Source: Desulfobulbus propionicus DSM 2032
GTDB lineage: Bacteria; Desulfobacterota; Desulfobulbia; Desulfobulbales; Desulfobulbaceae
Assembly (NCBI RefSeq): GCF_000186885.1
Contig: NC_014972.1
Span: 690,001-722,000 of the forward strand
Length of the DNA stretch: 32,000 nucleotides
Direction of reading: 5' to 3'
Shown here: piece by piece, positions 27,062-32,000 of the stretch
Position numbering within the stretch: the stretch's first letter is position 1
Layout: every line of letters begins with the position of its first letter
The notes under the pieces: generated by a model
The model's database searches: none
What the model was told of the DNA's origin: nothing
What the model saw: only the letters and a program-made list of their open reading frames with translations
Position numbers and translations under genes: made by a program

Positions 27062-27871
27062 GTGGTTTCCATTCTTGTGCGGTTGGTGCTCATTACCTTG
27101 CTTGTCTATGCCGCGGTCCAGTACTGGTACGGACGGGTGGAAAAGCGCCTAGAAGACAGCATGCCTCCGGAAAAGAAGGTGGTTGCCGCCGCTCCTGTCG
27201 AGCCGCAGGAGGCGCAACAGGAGACGGCAACGGCCGACAACGATCATCAGGTTATCGTGAGCAGAAATATTTTCAAGGCCGCGCTGGATACCGGCGAGGA
27301 CCTCGAAGGCGATCAGGAGCAGGCCGAGCTGGAAGGGCTGGCGGAAACCAAGCTCCAGTTGGCGCTCCTGGGCACGGTGACCGGCGGCAAGGACGATGCC
27401 CGAGCCATTATCCGCGATGAAAAAACACAGCTGGAAGACCTCTACCAGGTGGGCAGTCAGCTGCAAGGGGCGGAGATTGTCCGGATCACCAGAGGCAAGG
27501 TGGTACTCCAGGTTCGAGGCCGGGAGGAGGTCCTGACCATCAAGGATCCCGGAAGTGATGACGGGGGCGGCGGTGGCGGGCGCGACGCGATTCCCGGCGC
27601 GGAGATGACGCCGCCGACACCGGCCATGGAGGCACCCCCACCCGACACCATGGAGCAACGGGTGCCGGAAGCCATGCCGCGCAGGCGCATCAGCTTCCGC
27701 AATCCCGCTCCAGTGCCGCCGGCGGCCAAGAATGAGGACAACGGTGTGCCCGGTGAGGAACAGCCCGATGCGCTTCCGGCCGACAGCGAGGAGCAGCTCC
27801 TGCCCGATGACGAGCGACCGGGAGGGGAACCTCAGGAAACGGAACCCGAGACCGAACAGCCGGCCAGGTGA
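27062..27871 (+). CDS. gspC: Type II secretion system protein GspC-like
   Basis: GTG start (VVSILVRLVLITLLVYAAVQYWYG), VIVSRNIFKAAL, KLQLALLGTVTGGKDDARAIIRDE..Q..YQVG..LQGAEIVRITRGKVVLQ; Pro/Glu-rich C-terminal tail. Confidence 0.8.
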   Translation: MVSILVRLVLITLLVYAAVQYWYGRVEKRLEDSMPPEKKVVAAAPVEPQEAQQETATADNDHQVIVSRNIFKAALDTGEDLEGDQEQAELEGLAETKLQLALLGTVTGGKDDARAIIRDEKTQLEDLYQVGSQLQGAEIVRITRGKVVLQVRGREEVLTIKDPGSDDGGGGGGRDAIPGAEMTPPTPAMEAPPPDTMEQRVPEAMPRRRISFRNPAPVPPAAKNEDNGVPGEEQPDALPADSEEQLLPDDERPGGEPQETEPETEQPAR

Positions 27872-27956
27872 CGGGGCAATGGCTGGATCAGGCCGAAGCC
27901 GGAAGGGAACGACCAACAGCGGTATGGATACCACCAGCCGCTCTACCGCTATGTGA

Positions 27957-30215
27957 ATGCTTATGAGAACCTCCATTGTTGCCCGCAACGTCATTCCCGT
28001 GCTTGTTCTGCTGCTCGTGTTGCTGGTCATCGAGCCACTCGGCGCCGCCAGTCCGAAAGCCGTCCAGCAAAGCGGCGGCGCGCAGCGCTTTGTCACCATC
28101 GATTTCAACGATGTCGACATCAATCTGTTCATTAAATATATCAGCGAGCTGACGCAGAAAAACTTCATCGTTGACCGGGAAGTGAAGGGCAAGGTGACCA
28201 TCATCTCTCCCACCCGGATTTCCGAGGAGGATGCCTACCGGGTGTTCGAATCGGTGCTCGAGGTCCATGGCTTTGCCGCGGTGCCGAGCGGCTCGGTGAT
28301 CAAGATCGTGCCTTCGGTGCAGGCGCGTTCAAAGAATATCGCCACGGTGCGCGAGGGCGAGTTGTCCGCGGGCGAGGACAAGGTGGTCACCCAGATCATT
28401 TCCCTCAAATACGTCAACGCCGAGGAAGTGAAGAATCTGCTCACGCCCCTGATGTCGAAGACCAGCGTGCTGATCGCCCATGCCCATTCGGGGCTGATCA
28501 TCCTCACCGATTTCTATTCGAACATCGCCCGCCTGCTGGACATCATCCGGGCTGTCGACGTGCCCTCGGACAGCGAGGAAATGCTCATCATTCCCCTGCG
28601 CCACGCCTCGGCGGAAAGCGTGTCCAAGGCGGTCGGCCAGTTGTTTGCCGCTGGTCCGGCGCAGAAAGGGATGCGGCAGGAGCAGGTGCGGATCATTCCC
28701 TTTGAACGGAACAACGCCCTGATCGTCTTTGCCTCCAAGACCTCGGCGCAGCGGATCCGCAACCTGGTGGCCCGGCTCGACGAGGACGTGCCCCGCCAGG
28801 AGGGCAATCTGCGGGTGATCTACCTCCAGCACGCCAATGCTGAGGAACTGGTCAAGGTGCTGATGAATCTGCCGGACGACAAATCGGGGAGCAGAAGCAC
28901 CGAGACGGGCGGCGGCAAGGCCAGCAGCGCCCCGTCGGCGCCGGCTATTTCCAAGGAGGTCAAGGTGGTGGCCGACAAGGAAACCAATGCCCTGATCATC
29001 ACCGGTCCCCGCGAGGAATACGAGGTGGTGGAAGGGGTGATCAAGAAGCTCGATATTCCCCGGCGGATGGTCTATCTGGAAGCCCTGATCATGGAGGTGA
29101 AGGTGAGCAAGGATTTCAGCATCGGCGTGCAGTGGGCCAATGCCGACGGTTCCGTGGTCGGCGGGTTCAGCGGCAATGCCTCGTCGCCCTACAACATGCT
29201 GAAGCAGATGACCACCAGTCCCGGTTCCCTGCCGGCGGGGTTCACCCTGGGCGTCCTCGAGGAAGGCATCAAGATCGGCGATGTGGTCTTTCCCAATCTC
29301 GGGGCGGTGGTCAACGCCTACAAGAGCGATGACGATGTCAATGTGATCGCCACCCCTCAGATTCTGACCACCGACAACAAGAAGGCCTCGATCAAGGTTG
29401 GCGAGAATGTTCCCTACATCACCAGTAAAAACACCACCGATGCCGAGCAGGATTATACCAACTACGAATACAAGGATGTGGCCACCAGTCTGACCATCAC
29501 CCCCCAGGTCAATCAGGCGGAGGTGGTGCGGCTGGAAATCGGGGTCGAGGTGATCAAGCTCAAGAACACGGAGGCCACCGACACCCCCTCCACCTTCACG
29601 CGAACAGCGGAGACCACGGTGGTGGTCCACAATGAACAGACGGTGGTTATCGGCGGCATGATCGGTCAGGACACCACCAGCGGCGAATACAAGGTGCCCG
29701 TGCTCGGCGACATCCCGGTGTTGGGCTGGATGTTCAAATCGCGCAGCAACAGCCAGGAGAAAACCAATCTCTACATTTTCATCACCCCCCATATCGTCGA
29801 AAATCCCGCCGAGATTGCCGATCTCTATCAGAAGAAGCGGGCGACGATGGAAGCGGTGCACAAACAGCCCGGCGATATCGCCGACCAATTTTTCCATCCC
29901 ACCTCCGACCCGGCGCAGAGCGTGGCCCTGTCGGACATCGGATTCGCCAAACTGCAACAGAATGAACTGCTGCGGGCACGGGAGTATTTCACCCAGGCCT
30001 TGAAGGTCGATGCGAACAACGGCGCGGCCCTGTTCAATCTGGCGGTGGTATGCGAGCGGGAGGGGAAAATGGCCGAGGCCGAGTCCCTCTACCGCAAGGT
30101 GCTGGCCCTGCCGCCTCCTCCCGGAGAACAGGCCCAATCCGCGGGGGAAGACCCGTTGAAGGCGGCGGCCAAGACGGCGCTCAAACGTCTACAATCTGGG
30201 GGCAAGGGAATCTGA
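27957..30215 (+). CDS. gspD: Type II secretion system secretin GspD with C-terminal TPR-like extension
   Basis: Signal peptide, VTIDFNDVDINLFIKYISELTQKNFIVD, VIYLQHANAEELVKVL, NVIATPQILTTDNKKASIKVGENVPYI, VVIGGMIGQDT..VPVLGDIPVLGWMFK, NLYIFITPHIV. Confidence 0.95.
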   Translation: MLMRTSIVARNVIPVLVLLLVLLVIEPLGAASPKAVQQSGGAQRFVTIDFNDVDINLFIKYISELTQKNFIVDREVKGKVTIISPTRISEEDAYRVFESVLEVHGFAAVPSGSVIKIVPSVQARSKNIATVREGELSAGEDKVVTQIISLKYVNAEEVKNLLTPLMSKTSVLIAHAHSGLIILTDFYSNIARLLDIIRAVDVPSDSEEMLIIPLRHASAESVSKAVGQLFAAGPAQKGMRQEQVRIIPFERNNALIVFASKTSAQRIRNLVARLDEDVPRQEGNLRVIYLQHANAEELVKVLMNLPDDKSGSRSTETGGGKASSAPSAPAISKEVKVVADKETNALIITGPREEYEVVEGVIKKLDIPRRMVYLEALIMEVKVSKDFSIGVQWANADGSVVGGFSGNASSPYNMLKQMTTSPGSLPAGFTLGVLEEGIKIGDVVFPNLGAVVNAYKSDDDVNVIATPQILTTDNKKASIKVGENVPYITSKNTTDAEQDYTNYEYKDVATSLTITPQVNQAEVVRLEIGVEVIKLKNTEATDTPSTFTRTAETTVVVHNEQTVVIGGMIGQDTTSGEYKVPVLGDIPVLGWMFKSRSNSQEKTNLYIFITPHIVENPAEIADLYQKKRATMEAVHKQPGDIADQFFHPTSDPAQSVALSDIGFAKLQQNELLRAREYFTQALKVDANNGAALFNLAVVCEREGKMAEAESLYRKVLALPPPPGEQAQSAGEDPLKAAAKTALKRLQSGGKGI

Positions 30216-30274
30216 GGTTCAAGAGGGGAGCGTGACGATGCGCACACACGATTCGGGCAGGAGAGGTGCCGACC

Positions 30275-31966
30275 ATGCGTCTCCTCGGTGAAATCCTTCA
30301 GGAAACCTTCGGGGTGACGGCGGAAAGCATCGAGGCGGCCTTGGCGGTGCAGCGGGAAAAGGGGGGCCGCATCGGTGAGCTCCTCATCGGCCTGCGCAAG
30401 ATCACCGAGGACGACCTGCTCAGCGCCCGCAGCCTGCAATGCGGCCTGGAGGTGGTCTACACCCTGCCCGCTGACCCCGACCCCTTTTTCGTTCAACGGG
30501 TACCCATCGGTTTTTTGAAAAAATTCAAGATGATCCCGGTAGCCACCCCTGAGGCATCGTACATCGCCCTGGCCGAACCGTTTTATTTCCAACAGGTCGA
30601 CGACCTGCAGCGGCTGCTGCAATGGGAGGGCATGCGGACCGTGCTGGCGCCGATGAACGAAATCTTCGTCGCCATCAACGCCGCCTACGACACCGCCCGT
30701 CAAGACGTGGCTGACCGGGTGATGCAGGACATGGACGAGAGCGACCCGGAGTCCATTCTTTCCGAGATCGAGGAAACCGCCGACCTGCTCGACGACACCA
30801 GCGACGCCCCGGTGATCAAGCTGGTCAACCTGGTCCTTTCCCAGGCGGTGCGCGATAACGCCAGCGATATCCATATCGAATCGTACAAGGACCGGGTCAA
30901 GATCCGCAAACGGGTCGACGGTATCCTCTATGACATGTACTCGCCGCCTCGTCATGTGCAGAGCAAGCTGATTTCCCGCATCAAGATCATGGCCAAGATG
31001 GATATCGCCGAAAAACGGCTGCCGCAGGACGGGCGGATCGAGATCCGCATCGCCGACCGGAATATCGATATCCGGGTTTCAACCTTGCCGACTTCTTTTG
31101 GTGAACGGGTGGTGATGCGACTGCTCGACAAATCGAGCTCGCTGGTGCCGCTGGAGGAGCTGGGTCTGTCAAAAGAGGATCTCAACCATTTTCTGCGGCT
31201 GATCAAGGCCCCGCACGGCATCATCCTGGTGACCGGCCCCACCGGCAGCGGCAAGACCACCACCCTCTACTCCGCCCTGGGCATCCTCAACAGCCCGGAC
31301 ATCAACATCATCACCGTCGAGGATCCGATCGAGTACCAGATGAACGGCATCAGCCAGATGCAGGTCAACACCAAGATCGGACTGACCTTTGCCAGCGGCT
31401 TGCGCACCATTGTCCGCCAGGACCCGGATGTGATCCTGGTGGGCGAGATCCGCGATATCGAGACCGCCGAGATCGCCATTCAATCAGCCCTCACCGGCCA
31501 CTTGGTGTTTTCCACCCTGCACACCAACGACGCGGCCAGCGCCATCACCCGGCTGATCGACATGGGGGTGGAGCCGTTCCTGGTCTCCTCGGCGGTCAAT
31601 GCCATCATGGCTCAGCGGCTGGTGCGTAAGATCTGCCCCTACTGCCGGGAAGAATATGTCCCGTCCAACGCCTACTTGGAGCGGGTCGGGCTGTCGCCGA
31701 TCAAGTTCGCGGGGAAAAAGCTCTATCGGGGAGCCGGTTGCGCCCAATGCCTGCAAACCGGCTACAAGGGAAGGATCGGAATTTTTGAGCTGATGAGCCT
31801 GACCCCGGCGATGAAAAGCCTGATCCTCACCACCTCGGACGCAGGGCAGATCAAAAAGCAGGCGCTCAGCTCCTTGGCGACCGGCATGATGACCCTGCGG
31901 CAGGATGGCCTGCGCAAGGTGCTGGCCGGGCTGACCACCTTGGAGGAGGTCTTCCGCGTCACCTGA
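30275..31966 (+). CDS. gspE: Type II secretion system ATPase GspE
   Basis: GPTGSGKTTTLYSAL, VEDPIEYQMNGI, RTIVRQDPDVILVGEIRDIETAEIAIQSALTGHLVFSTLHTNDA, CPYC...CAQC. Alternative start GTG 30266. Confidence 0.96.
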   Translation: MRLLGEILQETFGVTAESIEAALAVQREKGGRIGELLIGLRKITEDDLLSARSLQCGLEVVYTLPADPDPFFVQRVPIGFLKKFKMIPVATPEASYIALAEPFYFQQVDDLQRLLQWEGMRTVLAPMNEIFVAINAAYDTARQDVADRVMQDMDESDPESILSEIEETADLLDDTSDAPVIKLVNLVLSQAVRDNASDIHIESYKDRVKIRKRVDGILYDMYSPPRHVQSKLISRIKIMAKMDIAEKRLPQDGRIEIRIADRNIDIRVSTLPTSFGERVVMRLLDKSSSLVPLEELGLSKEDLNHFLRLIKAPHGIILVTGPTGSGKTTTLYSALGILNSPDINIITVEDPIEYQMNGISQMQVNTKIGLTFASGLRTIVRQDPDVILVGEIRDIETAEIAIQSALTGHLVFSTLHTNDAASAITRLIDMGVEPFLVSSAVNAIMAQRLVRKICPYCREEYVPSNAYLERVGLSPIKFAGKKLYRGAGCAQCLQTGYKGRIGIFELMSLTPAMKSLILTTSDAGQIKKQALSSLATGMMTLRQDGLRKVLAGLTTLEEVFRVT

Positions 31967-32000
31967 TCAGCTGGTTCATTTCGAAGATGGGCAGGAGGAT
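31959..32000 (-). CDS. Probable GspF-family inner-membrane protein, C-terminus only (runs off the window)
   Basis: Reverse complement of 31959-32000 reads ATC CTC CTG CCC ATC TTC GAA ATG AAC CAG CTG ATC AGG TGA = ILLPIFEMNQLIR*, resembling GspF/PilC C-termini. Confidence 0.45.
   Translation of the reverse strand: MLLPIFEMNQLIR

Noticed and set aside
27882-27956. Tiny ORF MAGSGRSRKGTTNSGMDTTSRSTAM between gspC and gspD
   Set aside because: Too short, no conserved features; likely the leader/untranslated region before gspD.
28329-30137. 602-aa minus-strand ORF antisense to gspD
   Set aside because: Shadow ORF; gspD is unambiguous on the plus strand.
1-32000. CRISPR arrays, rRNA or tRNA genes, retron or toxin-antitoxin modules
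   Set aside because: No regularly spaced repeats, tRNA-like or rRNA sequences, reverse transcriptase motifs, or paired small toxin/antitoxin ORFs were seen by eye.

Overview
High-GC window, probably from a deltaproteobacterial (Desulfobulbales-like) chromosome; this lineage is inferred from gene content and protein flavour only. Left part (1-9.3 kb) is core genome: dnaA (5'-truncated by the window edge), hemG-type protoporphyrinogen oxidase, htpG, a BamE/SmpA-like lipoprotein, pcm, a solitary GspE/PilB-type ATPase, smpB, ssrA (tmRNA, tag ADDYNYALAA) and a small unknown ORF. Middle part (9.3-16.8 kb) is a small accessory region: a DUF429 protein, a REP-associated tyrosine transposase (RAYT), a set of REP-like palindromes with the classic GTAG foot, a degenerate duplicate of the hsdS 3' end, and a type I restriction-modification operon hsdR-hsdM-hsdS that has REPs between hsdR and hsdM. 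Right part (17.3-32 kb) has an enoyl-CoA hydratase, a delta-60-repeat protein with a CFI-box C-terminal segment, and a type II secretion operon in the order G-H-I-J-K-L-M-N-C-D-E. The last 42 nt encode, on the opposite strand, what looks like a GspF C-terminus convergent with gspE. I found no convincing wholly new system. The best leads are the REP/RAYT/RM arrangement with the duplicated hsdS tail, and the unusual T2SS cluster (rearranged order, secretin with a TPR tail, GspC with no evident PDZ domain, probable antisense gspF, adjacent CFI-box protein).
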